Assembly: GCA_951406725.2 (NCBI GenBank)
Contig: OX597815.1
Location: 189,720,001 to 189,784,000, forward strand
Source of the DNA: Octopus vulgaris
Lineage: Eukaryota
DNA length: 64,000 bases
Reading direction: 5' to 3'
Made by a program: the position numbers and the translations under genes
The notes under the pieces: generated by a model
Databases searched by the model: none
Seen by the model: the letters and a program-made list of their open reading frames with translations, nothing else
Told to the model about the DNA's origin: nothing
Shown here: piece after piece, positions 1-11,378 of the stretch
Numbering within the stretch: the stretch's first letter is position 1
How the letters are laid out: each line of letters opens with the position of its first letter

Positions 1-32
1 GAAGTGAAAGCACGCTATATAAATAAAATTAT

Positions 33-35
<3 letters not shown>

Positions 36-77
<42 letters not shown>

Positions 78-237
78 GTAACATCGAAAAAATACCTTAG
101 GAATGAGAACCCAGGTTTGAAATTTCCCAAGACACCTGATGAAGTCTGGAGAGTATATCAGCAGAAATGTTGTGTTAACAACAAACAAGATGAGGACAAA
201 TATCTGTCAAATGTAAATAATGTAAATAATGTAAATA
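36..237 (+). mobile_element. Family G element (headless copy): (AAT)n + ~155-bp body containing a hammerhead motif
   Basis: AACATCGAAAAA..TACCTTAGGAATGAGAACCCAGG...AATGTAAATAATGTA; same body at 18687-18850 (-) and 19073-19240 (+). Confidence 0.8.
131..176 (+). ncRNA. Hammerhead ribozyme motif, type I minimal (stem II degenerate)
   Basis: GACAC CTGATGA AGTCTG..CAGCA GAAA T GTT GTGTT; stem I GACAC/GTGTT. Confidence 0.55.
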
Positions 238-630
238 TGAAGGTTGAAAAATTTCATGACTCAAGTGGCTACATTGGGCAGACAAGTATGACTCATACAC
301 GTCAGTAGACTATGCGTTTACAACAAGATGTAATCGCAATGCATTATAAAGCAGTAAACAAATGAAATTGGATAGAAAAAACACCAGTTGACAGCACTAC
401 ATTTGTTTTATATAGAATTCCACAAAACTGAGAATAACTATGGAAATTCTACTAATAGCAAAATACAAACCAAAACTAGCACATACATATATCACACATA
501 AAAATTTATGTTTTATCATGAAATACCATTGAAAAATTTTGAATCCTATGTTCAGGATTTTATCAGTTACAAAATTATCCCCAAAACTTTTATGACTTAA
601 TTCAAGATACACTAACTATATGCCTTTATT

Positions 631-866
631 CTTTACTCTTTTACTCTTTTACTTGTTTCAGTCATTTGACTGTGGCCATGCTGGAGCACTGCTTTTAGTT
701 GAGCAAATCGAGCCCAGGACTTATTCTTTGTAAGCCTAGTACTTATTCTATCAGTCTCTTTTGTCGAACTGCTAAGTTACAGTGATGTAAACACACCAGC
801 ATCAGTTGTCAAGCGATGTTGGGGAGACAAACACAGACACACAAACATATACATACACACACATAC

Positions 867-920
<54 letters not shown>

Positions 921-1082
921 GACAGACTTCTTTCAGTTTCCTTCTACCAAATCCACTCACAAGGCTTTGGTCAGTCCAGGGGTATAGTAGAAGACATTTG
1001 CTCAAGATGCCATGCTGTGGGACTGAACCTGGAACCATGTGGTTCGTAAACAAGCTACTTACCACAGAGCCACTCCTATGCC
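631..1082 (-). mobile_element. SINE family A, full length (tRNA-like head, CORE-like CCTTGGGCAAG segment, internal (TA)n, (GAGTAAAA)n tail)
   Basis: Matches many copies in the window, e.g. 55570-55984. Confidence 0.9.
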
Positions 1083-1348
1083 ATTATAAAGATTTCATTT
1101 GAAAATGCAATTGTGAAAGTCTCAAAATGTCAGCCAAATGGATTTAGTAACTTTTTTTTAACTAGTTCTAGCTTGAGAGCTGCAGCCATGCTGGAGCAAT
1201 CCTTAATGAGAAGGATCAAGCTTGGTTACGTTTTCGATATAATGTGCACACACGAAAACACACATGCACACAGCTACACACAAACATGTAGATAAGAATT
1301 GGAGAAAAATAAGAAGAAAATAATACTCAATACATTTAATTAGGGTTA

Positions 1349-1617
1349 TCATCATCATTTAACGTCCATTTTCCATGCTAGCATGGGTTGGACGATTTGA
1401 CTGAGGACTGGTGAACCAGATGGCTGCACCAGACTCCAATCTGATCTGGCAGAGTTTCTACAGTGGGATGCCCTTCCTAACGCCATCCACTCTGAGAGTG
1501 TAGTGGGTGCTTTTACGTGCCACCGGCACGAGGGCCAGTCAGGTGGTACTGGCAACGGCCATGCTCAAATGGTGTTTTTTACATGCCACCTGCACAGGAG
1601 CCAGTCCAGCGGCACCA
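1349..1617 (-). mobile_element. Family C non-autonomous retroposon (GTTGGCGTTAGGAAGGGCATCC segment, (GAT)n tail)
   Basis: About ten copies in the window; 3' end CCATGCTAGCATGGAAA..GACGTTAAA(TGA)n. Confidence 0.85.
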
Positions 1618-2255
1618 CATTACATAGGGTTTCTAAGGCACAGATATGAGACTACATCTTCAGACGTACAGATTCTCAATAAAGAGAATTGTAGAATAAT
1701 TTTAAAATGGTTTTAGGTTAAAATATTTGGATTTCCAATTGTCGCTTTAGGTCACATAAATACTCTGGCAAAGCTGCAAATAGCAGTTGATTCTAAATAT
1801 GGTTATAGGCAGTCTCTAAGAAGCTTCAGGTAGTTGACTGTAAGACTTGAGACTTGAGCAATATCAATTACTGAAGCACCACAAAGCAAGACGACTTGTT
1901 TGATGGTGTCTGGTTACATGTTCATTTCCATGTCAAGCACAGCTAATTGGTGTAGTTTTCGAGTAGTAATATATATACCTTGATATAGAACTCTAGGCTT
2001 CTATGTTACTCCTGTGGCCATACCAGTTAACAATAGATTATGCATGTGTGTGTGTGTGCACGCATGCGTATGTCTGTTTGTGTGTGGAGTTTTATCAAAT
2101 TTAATCGTATTTGTTTTGGTTTTCAGCAAGTTTTAATGCTTCTGTTTCAAGCTTTCCGCCATTTTCTATTTGCTTCACTTTGTGTTCTTTCAGTTATTCT
2201 TATTCTTTCATACACAAATGTATCTATCTATCTATCTATCAATATATATATATAT

Positions 2256-2440
2256 CATCATTATCATCATCATCGTTTAACGTCTGTTTTCCATGCTAGC
2301 ACGGGTTGGATGGTTTGACCAGGGTCTGGGAAGCCAGGAGGCTGCACCAGGCTCCAGTCTTATCTGGCAGTGTTTCTACAGCTGGATGCCCTTCCTAACG
2401 CCAAACACTCCACGAGTGTAGTCCAACCACTCCACGAGTA
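2256..2440 (-). mobile_element. Family C, 3' part
   Basis: Same tail sequence as 1349-1617. Confidence 0.85.
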
Positions 2441-2557
2441 TATATATATATATATATATATATTTCATTATCTATCTATCTCACTATTTATCTATCTATC
2501 TATGAAGGAGCCACCATAATGTTGTTTGGTCTGATAGAAATAATAGCCAAATCTTCC

Positions 2558-2779
2558 TTAACCCATTAGAATTTGAACTGACCACCTCCAGCTCAAATAC
2601 TCCACCTTGTTTTTGTTTCCAAACTGGCCTGAGATCCAACTTTTCAGATTTACTTTGCAATGTCATGTAAACATGAATAATCACATTGAAATCTCAAAGT
2701 TAATTAATAATTAATTAAAAAGGAATGTGAATAAATAAGCATCACATTTGAAAGAGTAATCTGAACGCTGAAGAGTTAA
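2558..2779. mobile_element. piggyBac-like MITE (degenerate)
   Basis: TTAACCCATTAG... / ...CTGAAGAGTTAA imperfect TIRs with TTAA at both ends. Confidence 0.5.
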
Positions 2780-3167
2780 ATGACATGTTGCTATGTTTTG
2801 AATAAGGAAATGCTTGATTCACTTTGTCTGAAAATAATACAGGATAGTCATGGTAGGAATGTCTTTCACATTAGGTATGTTTGATCAGAGTCGACCTGGG
2901 TGTAAACAACTTAAGTATGTCTTCCCAGGGGTATGGAATATTTAAAACAATAGATATACCTGTGGATTGCACCTAGCTGTTTGTTAAAACCTGGCTGGGA
3001 GCAGAAACAAAAACTACAACAAAAAAACTAGTGATAGAATAAATGGTATTGTTGATACAAAATGATAAGACAAATCAGAAGAATGAGGAATAAACAGCTA
3101 TAGTGATGGTGGTTTCTTTCGTTAATACAAGTCAATGTTTATTGAAATGAGGGATAATAATTGAAAG

Positions 3168-3545
3168 AGTGGAGGTGCAATGGCCCAGTGGTTAGAGCAG
3201 CGGACTCGCAGTCGTAGGATCGCGGTTTCGATTCCCAGACTGGGCGTTGTGAGTGTTTATTGAGTGAAAACACCTAAAGCTCCACGAGGCTCCGGCAGGG
3301 GATGGTGGTGATCCCTGCTGTACTCTTTCACCACAACTTTCTCTCACTCTTATTTCCTGTTTCTGTTGTACCTGTATTACAAAGGGCCGGCCTTGTCACT
3401 CTCTGTGTCATGCTGAATATCCCTGAGAACTATGTTAAGGGTACACGTGTCTCAGCCACTTACACGTTAATTTCAGGAGCAGGCTGTTCCGTTGATCGGA
3501 TCAACCAAAACCCTCATCGTCGTAACCGACGGAGTGCTTCCATCC
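3168..3545 (+). mobile_element. SINE family D1 (tRNA-derived head)
   Basis: A box TGGCCCAGTGG, B box GTTTCGATTCC; 12-bp TSD AATAATTGAAAG at 3156-3167 and 3546-3557. Confidence 0.9.
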
Positions 3546-3577
3546 AATAATTGAAAGGTTACCCAAGTATATAATGC

Positions 3578-4005
3578 AGCCAGCTGGCAGCATTGTTAGC
3601 ATCCCAGACAAACTGCTTTGCAGCTTTTCATCCGTCTTTACATTCTGAGTTCAATTCCTGCAAAGGTCGACTAAATTTTAATCTTTTAAGGGTCGATAAA
3701 ATAAGTAGCAGTGAAGTACCTGGATCAACGTGATAGATTCCCTCTTACCTCAAAATCTGCTGGCCCAGTACCAAAACTTGAAATCCAAAGCGAAGAGCTG
3801 ATGGAAACATTATCATGCTGGACAAAATGGTCAGCGACATTTTGTCTGGCTTTACATTCTGAGTTCAAATGCCACCAAGGTCATCTTTGCCTTTTATATT
3901 TTTGGGATCAATAAAAGAAGTACCAATCAAATATACTGGGGTCAATATAATCAACTAACTCTTCTCCCAAAATTTCAGACCTTATTTCTATAGTAGAAAG
4001 GATAT
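3578..4005 (+). mobile_element. Two diverged tandem SINE family B1 copies
   Basis: TTCTGAGTTCAAAT...GGGTCGATAAAATAAGTA motif present twice. Confidence 0.7.
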
Positions 4006-4559
4006 TACCCAAGTATATTGTAGGTACTTATTTCATTGATGGAAAGTTATGTTTGTCATGAAAATGAAAAGAAAATGTAAAAATTATTGATCGAAGACAG
4101 GTAAAAAATGAATAAATAAATGTATAACCACTTAACTGAATAGGATACAAAAGAATTAAAAATGAAGGTAAGAACATAGAAATTTGGAAATAAAAAGATG
4201 AAGGTAATGAAACAGAAAGAGAAAAAGAAATGGAAGAAACAGAAGCAGAAATTGAGAGAATAAAAGAAAAGCAAACTTGGAAGAAGTGAATCTAAGAAGA
4301 AAGAAAATAAGACAGTTAATGGGAAGAAGGTAAAAAGAGCTGAATTCGCGTAAAAAATATTTGTTGGAAAGATGGGGAAAAAAAAAAAATTGCAGAAATG
4401 GGATACAATGTTTATTCAGATTAAGACTACTTTGATATTGGAAGCAATAAAGTGGGTTAAAAGGAGTCATGGTATAAGTGCTTATGTGATATCACAAACT
4501 CATAGGAAAACAATATCAACAAACTTGTAAAACACACATCAAATATGGAGTGATTTTTG

Positions 4560-5505
4560 ATGAGCTGACAGAATTGTTAATGTGCCGGACAAAATGCTTA
4601 GTGGAGTTTTTCTTTCGGCTTTGTGTTCTGAGTTCCAATACCAACGAGGTCAGCTTTGCCTTTCATCCTTTCTAGGTCGCTAAAAGAAACACCTATTTCT
4701 TTACTACCCGCAAGGGGCTAAACACAGAGAGGACAAATAAGGACAGACAAATGGATTAAGTCGATTATATCGACCCCAGTGCATAACTGATACTTAGTTT
4801 ATCGACCCCGAAAGGATGAAAGGCAAAGTCGAGCTCAGCGGAATTTGAACTCAAAACGTAATGGCAGATGAAATATGGCTACGTATTTCGTCTGGCGTGC
4901 TAACATTTCTGCCAGCTTGCCGCCTCTCTGAGTTCCAATACCAACGAGGTCAACTTTGCCTTTCATCCTTTCTAGGTTGATAAAAGAAATACCTATTTCT
5001 TTACTACCCACTAGGGGCTAAACAGAGAGAGGACAAACAAGGACAGACAAACGGATTAAGTCGATTATATCGACCCCAGTGCATAACTGGTACTTAGTTT
5101 ATCAACCCCAAAAGGATGAAAGGCAAAGTCGACCTCGGCGGAATTTGAACTCAGAACGTAGCGGCAGACGAAATACCTATTTCTTTATTATCCACAAGGG
5201 GCTAAACATAGAGGGGACAAACAAGGACAGACATAGGTATTAAGTTGATTACATCGACCCCAGTGCGTAACTGGTACTTAATTTATCGACCCTGAAAGGA
5301 TGAAAGCAAAGTCGACCTTGGCGGAATTTGAACTCACAACATAACAACAGACGAAATACGGCTACGCATTTCACCCAGCGTGCTAACGTTTCTGCTAGCT
5401 CGCCACCTTTAATTAAAGAAATACCATTGAGCATTGGAGTTGATATAATCACCTTCCACCTTCTGCTAAAATTGCTGGCCCTGTATCAAAATTAGAAAGA
5501 ATTAT
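4560..5505. mobile_element. Nested cluster: older + strand B1 SINE interrupted by - strand B2 monomer (4691-4925) and B2 dimer (4990-5408)
   Basis: B1 5' part 4560-4694 resumes at ~5415; host segment 4627-4694 is duplicated at 4927-4994. Confidence 0.85.
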
Positions 5506-5576
5506 ATAGTGGCTTCTTACAAAGGTGAGCTATATCTCTTTGTCTATATCTAAGGTATCTATTTAAGGGTTGATGA

Positions 5577-5680
5577 CAGTGGTTCTCAGCCAGATTCCAT
5601 ATGGCCCTTAGGGATCCATATAAGATTTTGTTGTTAAAATCTATCTACAATACACAAAAGATTTTAATAATTATTTTTAT
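5577..5680 (+). mobile_element. hAT-like transposon end fragment
   Basis: Starts CAGTGGTTCTCAGCC, like hAT/Charlie TIRs; partner end not found. Confidence 0.4.
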
Positions 5681-5682
5681 AT

Positions 5683-6112
5683 GGTGCAGGAGTAGCTGTA
5701 GGTACAGGAGTGGCTGTGTGGTAAGTAGATTGCTTACCAACCACATGGTTCCGGGTTCAGTCCTACTGCATGTCATCTTGGGCAAGTGTCTTCTACTATA
5801 ACCTCAGGCCGACCAAAGCCTTGTGAGTGGATTTGGTAGATGGGAACTGAAAGAAGCCCGTTGTATATATGCCTATATTTATATATATATATGTGTGTGT
5901 CTATTTTTCTGTGTTTGTCCTCCCCAACATCACTTGACAACCGATGCTGGTGTGATTACATCCCCATAACTTAGCAGTTTGGCAGAAGAGACTGATAGAA
6001 TAAGTACTAAGCTTACAAAGAATAAGTCCTGGGGTCGATTTCTTTGACTAAAGGCGATGCTCCAGCATGGCTGCTGTCAAATGACTGAAACGAGTAAAAG
6101 AGTAAAAGAGTA
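5683..6112 (+). mobile_element. SINE family A
   Basis: Full head-to-tail match to family A. Confidence 0.9.
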
Positions 6113-6120
6113 TATGATTC

Positions 6121-6302
6121 TTAAAAATTGCAGTAGAGTCCAGTTGAACAGACAGCCATGAATATTACTTGTCAGTACAACTACTGTATTGATCTCTTAG
6201 AGAGATTTTAGAACTAATATATGTATAGATACATATTTAGTAATATTTGTAGCTGCTTCAACATGGCTGTCCATTCAAACGGACTCTACTGTGATCTGTT
6301 AA
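6121..6302. mobile_element. MITE-like element with ~40-bp imperfect TIRs and TTAA ends
   Basis: TTAAAAATTGCAGTAGAGTCCAGTTGAACAGACAGCCATG vs CATGGCTGTCCATTCAAACGGACTCTACTGTGATCTGTTAA. Confidence 0.6.
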
Positions 6303-6556
6303 TCCTAAGAGGGCATCTCCTCTAGCTGGTTAACGCTATAGAGCTGCATCCAATAAATTGTGAGCAGGGGAGGGCACCCCTACTATGTTCTAGCAATGGG
6401 ACTAGTAGACCAGTCCTGGTTTTGGATTATTTTTGCTGGTCTTCAGTACACTGAGCCCATCACTAGAAGATGGTAGGGGTGTGCTCCCTTGCTCACAGTT
6501 TACCGGATGCTGCTCTGCATCATTAACCAGCTAGGGGCGATGTCGACTTGAGGTTA
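6300..6556. mobile_element. Palindromic element: ~100-bp inverted arms around a hammerhead-like spacer (6405-6449, -)
   Basis: Arms 6300-6400 and 6456-6556 are imperfect reverse complements; second copy at 7153-7302. Confidence 0.75.
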
Positions 6557-6569
6557 TTGGGGTTAATAC

Positions 6570-6712
6570 AGTGTTATTGCGTGCTCAGGAAAGGAAAGAA
6601 AAGAAAGAGGTTTTCATGTTTCGAGCGGAGCTCTTCATCAGAAATATAGAAAAAGTCCAAAGAAGGGAAGACGGAGAAAGAAAATTGCCAACGATACACA
6701 CACGGTCACATA
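6570..6712 (-). mobile_element. Family H Penelope-like terminal fragment with degenerate HHR (6612-6644)
   Basis: Minus strand TTT CTGATGA AGAGC TCC GCTC GAAAC ATG AAA; cleavage triplet mutated. Confidence 0.65.
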
Positions 6713-6804
6713 TGGAAAAAAAAATAAATAAACACACACATACATACAAAGACACATATATACACACACATATATATATATACCTATCTATCTATATGTG
6801 TGTG

Positions 6805-7075
6805 CAGTGAATGTTTGTGTCCCTTTGATCTTGACATCACATGATGGTTGTAAATGAGCTTCACTGTCATACAAGCAGTGTCATTTCCATACTTCCAGGT
6901 AACATGTCTGGCCAAAGGGAAATATTACCTTGTTTGGAAGTGGTCGAGGGCTGATAATATTACTTTGCTTGGAAGCAGGTGAGGCAAGGTAATCTGGCTG
7001 TAGAAAACCTGACTAATTGAATTATGTCTCACTCCTCATGTGAACATGGAAAAAATAGACATTAAAATTACAATG
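6805..7075 (+). mobile_element. Older SINE-like element with a family-C-type tail
   Basis: Similar segments at 12720-12850 (-), 42690-42843 and 58175-58400. Confidence 0.55.
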
Positions 7076-7152
7076 CCAATAATGAAGATTATTTTCTTAA
7101 ATTCTTTAAATTCTTGGACTTAACAAACTTTCATCTCGAGCAGACTTTATAT

Positions 7153-7302
7153 ATTGTGAGGGGAAGTGAGCTACTACCATCTCTAGCAGATGAGCTGTCC
7201 AGTACTGAAGAGCGGCAGAAATAGCCCAAAGCCAGAACTGGTCTACTGGTCCTGTCACTAGAAGGTGGTAGGGGTTCGCTTCCCTGCTCGCAATTTATCG
7301 GA
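7153..7302 (+). mobile_element. Second, shorter copy of the palindromic HHR element (HHR at 7199-7249)
   Basis: CCAGTA CTGAAGA GCGGC AGAAATA GCCC AAAG CCAG AA CTGG TC TACTGG inside inverted arms. Confidence 0.7.
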
Positions 7303-7724
7303 AGAATGTTGAAAATAAAATAGGAATGGGTGGAGCTGAGAAGAAGTTTGGTATGGAGGGAAAATATGAAGAAATACAAGAGAATGTTGGGATAAAAATA
7401 CAGGGAGAGAAACTGGAAGAATGATAAATGAACAATGAATAATGCAAGAGAAGGAAATGAAGAATAAGTTGGTGGGGGTGGGGAATAAATGAAAGAAAGG
7501 GAATAGGGTAAGAGACATATGAAGAATAAATAGTAGTTTGGAAGGAGGAAGAAAGAAAGGCAAATTTAAGAAATTGGTGGCAAAAGGAAGTGAAGATATA
7601 TAAAAGTGATGTGAAAGGAAAATATTATGGAGATGAAGAGAGGAAGAAAATTTGGAGGAAAAGGGAAGAATGAAATATATGAAGGAAAGAATTTGGAAAA
7701 GAACCAAAACAGGAGTTTAAGGAA

Positions 7725-7872
7725 ATTCTTTTATTCTTTTATTCTTTTACTTGTTTCAGTAATGTGACTGTGGCCATGCTGGAGCACTGTCTTTAGTCGA
7801 ACAAATCGACCCCAGGACTTATTCTTTGTAAGCCTAGTACTTATTCTACTGGTCTCTTTTGCCGAACCGCTA
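7725..7872 (-). mobile_element. SINE family A, 3' fragment
   Basis: Tail match. Confidence 0.85.
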
Positions 7873-8573
7873 CATGAAATGCTGCAAACTACATCAAATA
7901 CAGAATAGACAACACATTAGAAAGTGATAAACGCAGAATCTGTGGACAAAATGGTGAAACCATATGACATATTACCAGCCAATGTATGCCACTAGCCCAG
8001 AAGGAATATAAGAGACGCCACAACAATATAGCTAGGCTTGTCCATCGGACACTTTGTAACAAGTATGGACTTGACAGAGCAAACTGTTGGTATGATCACA
8101 AACCTGAAGGCATCATCGAAAGTGATAATGCAAAGATCCTGTTGGATTTTATGATTCAGTGTGACCACGAGATACAGAATAGGAAGGCATAGTCTTAATT
8201 GAGAAAGAAAGTAAACGATGCTGGATCACAGATATAGCATGCCCAGCTGACAACAAGGTATGCAATAAAGAAGAAAGAAAAGTCGAGAGATGTGACAGGT
8301 TAGCTTAGGAAGTTAAGCAGTTGTGGTCGATGAAAAAGGTGGTAGTTGTACCAATAATTGTCGGAGCCCTTGGAACAGTGAGTAAGAATCTTGAAAAGTA
8401 CATAGAATAAATAAGGGCCGCAATAAGTGTGGAGCACTTGTAGAAAACAGCACTGCTTGGAACCACTCGAATACTGCGGAAGGTGCTCAAAAAATAAGAG
8501 GTGTTACCTTAGTTACTGGTAGTGAACAGCTGACACTGTAGTACATCTCTAGCATTAGAAGCTGTGCAAAGGC
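7873..8573 (+). pseudogene. 5'-truncated R4/Dong-like non-LTR retrotransposon: CCHC knuckle, restriction-like endonuclease and 3' UTR, with stops and a frameshift
   Basis: Translates RICGQNGETI*HITSQC...YKRRHNNIA...RK[PD]IVLIEKESKRCWITDIACPADNK...VVVVPIIVGALG...KTALLGTTRILRKVL; followed by (AAT)n. Confidence 0.88.
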
Positions 8574-8623
<50 letters not shown>

Positions 8624-8630
8624 TTAATAA

Positions 8631-8866
8631 TGATTGTTCGAGCCCTGGGAGCAGCGAGTGAAAATCTCGAGAAGTACATGGAATAAATAGGGGCCGCAAT
8701 AAGTGTGGAGCACTTGCAGAAAACAGCACTGCTTGGAACGACTCGAATACTCTGGAATACTCTCGAATACTCTGGTGCTCAAAAAATAAGAGGTGTTACC
8801 TTAGTTCACTGGTAGTGAACAGCTGATACAGTAGTAGATCTCCAGTGATAGAAGCTGTGCAAAGGC
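8631..8866 (+). mobile_element. Second 3' fragment of the same R4/Dong-like element
   Basis: Repeats ~8355-8573, again ends AGAAGCTGTGCAAAGGC(AAT)n. Confidence 0.88.
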
Positions 8867-8907
8867 AATAATAATAATAATAATTATTATTATTATAATA
8901 ATAATAA

Positions 8908-9305
8908 TCCTTTCTACTATGAGTACAAGGTCTGAAATTTTGGGGGAGGGGACTAGTCGATTTAATTGACCCCAGTGTTTCACAGGTACTTAATTTATCA
9001 ACACCGACTGGATGAAAGTAGAAGTCGACCTCAGTGAAATTAGAACTAAAAACATAGCGGCAAAGGAAATACTTATTTCTTTACTCCCCACAAGGGGTTA
9101 AACACAGAGAGGACAAACAAGGACAGACAAACGGATTAAGTCGATTACATCGACCCCAGTGCGTAACTCATACTTATTTAATTGACCCTGAAAGGATGAA
9201 AGGTAAAGTCGACCTCAGCGGAATTTGAACTCAGAACATAGCGGCAAACGAAATACCGTTAAGCATTTCGCCCGGCGTGCTAACGATTCTACCAACTCGC
9301 CTCCT
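8908..9305 (-). mobile_element. SINE B concatemer (B2 unit + headless B1 unit)
   Basis: Two GGATGAAAG..GTCGACCTC units joined at GAAATAC. Confidence 0.85.
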
Positions 9306-9423
9306 TGCTTCTGATAGGTTGCTTTGGAAAAGGTGCTTGAGGACTCTACCCCAACAACCTTCCTAGGAATGATGGACGGAGAAGATGGATGGATGAATGG
9401 ATATCTACAACGACACCACAAAT

Positions 9424-9822
9424 GGTTTCAAATTTTTGCCACAAGCCAAGCTATTTCTGGAAGTGGGTAAATCAATTACATTGATCCCAGTGCTCAGCTG
9501 GTACTTATTTTATCGACCCCGAAATGATGAAAGGCAAAGTCAACCTCGGCGGAATTTGAACTCAGAACATAGCGGCAAACAAAATACCTATTTCTTTATT
9601 ACCCACTAGGGGCTAAACACAGAGGGGACAAACAAGGACAGACATAGGTATTAAGTCGATTACATCGACCCCAGTGCGTAACTGGTACTTATTTAATCGA
9701 CCCCGAAAGGATGAAAGGCAAAGTTGACCTCGGCGGAATTTGAACTCAGAACATAGCGGCAATTGAAATACCGTTAAGCATTTCGCCTGGCGTGCTAACG
9801 ATTCTACCAGCTCTCCACCTTA
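9424..9822 (-). mobile_element. SINE B concatemer (B2 unit + headless B1 unit)
   Basis: Same architecture as 8908-9305. Confidence 0.85.
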
Positions 9823-10324
9823 ATGAAGGTAAATATAACGTCAATAACAAACACTACAGATGATAAAGAGTCTCTGCTGATAGGTGGTGTATAGTAATGG
9901 CAAACCACTGTAACAGGATTTTGTGATTTGCAATGGCTTATTTCAATGAAAAATTAGATATTAAATATTTACACTTGCTTTGTTTATAGATAAATCAGTG
10001 TACAGAAAATGTAGAAGACATAATCTCTTTCCCCTTCTTTATTCACTTTGTTATTTATTTATTTATTTATTTATTTAGCTTGTTATATATCTGTTTATTT
10101 ATTTATCTTTTTATTTATTTAGTCTGTTCTTTCTTAGGTTTTATTATTTGGTACAAAGTTTATGGCATCTTTTACACTTGCTAAACTCTATGTTTCAACC
10201 TTATGCATGCTTAGGCACGAAATATATGCTGGCAACATTTATGAATAAATAAAATGTCTATATATACGTTTTTAAACATTTCTATCTCTCTCACTCTCTC
10301 TCTCTATATATCTATCTATCTATC

Positions 10325-10431
10325 TTTTTTCCCCTTTTTTTCCCCTTTTTCTTTTTCCATCTTTGAAAAGGAAAGCTGTACATTTGTATTTGTCCCCTCT
10401 GTGTTCAGCCCTATGTGGCCAATAAAGAAAG
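10325..10431 (+). mobile_element. Putative LINE 3'-end fragment within a (TATC)n tract
   Basis: TTTGTCCCCTCTGTGTTCAGCCCTATGTGGCCAATAAAGAAA; longer relative at 10986-11378. Confidence 0.55.
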
Positions 10432-10487
<56 letters not shown>

Positions 10488-10556
10488 ATATATGTGTGTG
10501 TGTGTGTATATATATATATATGTGTGTGTGTGTATATATATATAGATATATATACT

Positions 10557-10964
10557 CTCTTTACTCTTTTACTCTTTTACTTGTTTCAGTCATTTGACTG
10601 TGGCCATGCAGGAGCACTGCCTTTAGTTGAGCAAATCGACCCCAGGACTTATTCTTTGTAAGCCTAGTACTTATTCTATCGGTCTCTTTTGCTGAACCAC
10701 TAAGTGATGGGAACATAAAAACACCGGCATTGGTTGTCAAGCAATGCTTGGGGGACAAACACTGACACACAAACATACACACATATATATATACATATAT
10801 ACACTGGCTTCTTTCAGTTTCCATCTAACAAATCCACTCACAAGGCTTTGGGCAGCCTGAGGCTATAGTAGAAGACACTTGCCCAAGATGCCACGCAGTG
10901 GGACTGAACCCAGAACCATGGGATTGGTAAGCAATCTACTTACCACACAGCCACTCCTGCGCCT
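10557..10964 (-). mobile_element. SINE family A
   Basis: Full match. Confidence 0.9.
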
Positions 10965-10985
10965 GTATCTATCTACCTATCTATC

Positions 10986-11378
10986 TGAACCCGGAAATTG
11001 AAAACAAAGGGTTACCCACTTGCAAACAAATGTGGTAACATGTAACAATATTGACCGAGGTTACCGTGGTCTTTTCCGTAGGCTTTTCTTCCCACGGATA
11101 AACCTTATCTGCTTTCCCTTTACACATTACATTATGACACTGTGATACACGATCCCTATTGATCGTTTTTTTTTTCTTTTCCCCTTTTTTTCTTTTTTTC
11201 TTCTTTTTTCTTTTCTTTTGTTTCTTTTCCTTTTTTTTTCGTTCTTTTTCTTCTTTCCCTTTTACGATCCCTTTTGATCAAAAACCTACCCCATTTTCTT
11301 TTTTCTCCAAAAAAAGAAAAGCTCTACTTTGTAATCTGTCCCGTCTGTGTGCAGCCCTGTGTGGCTAATAAAGAAACA
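10986..11378 (+). mobile_element. Putative LINE 3' UTR (T-rich tract, AATAAA) flanked by (TATC)n
   Basis: Ends CTGTCCCGTCTGTGTGCAGCCCTGTGTGGCTAATAAAGAAA. Confidence 0.55.

Noticed and set aside
1617-1668. Minus-strand ACGT CTGAAGA...GAAAC CCTAT GTA ATGT hammerhead-like string
   Set aside because: Stem II does not form; could be chance or heavily decayed
3168-3245. tRNA gene-like sequences here and in D/E/F/G heads
   Set aside because: No proper acceptor stem; each is fused to a repeated body, so they are SINE heads
4040-4470. Phe/Leu-rich membrane-like ORFs (also 7258-7707)
   Set aside because: Reverse-strand reading of purine-rich low-complexity DNA
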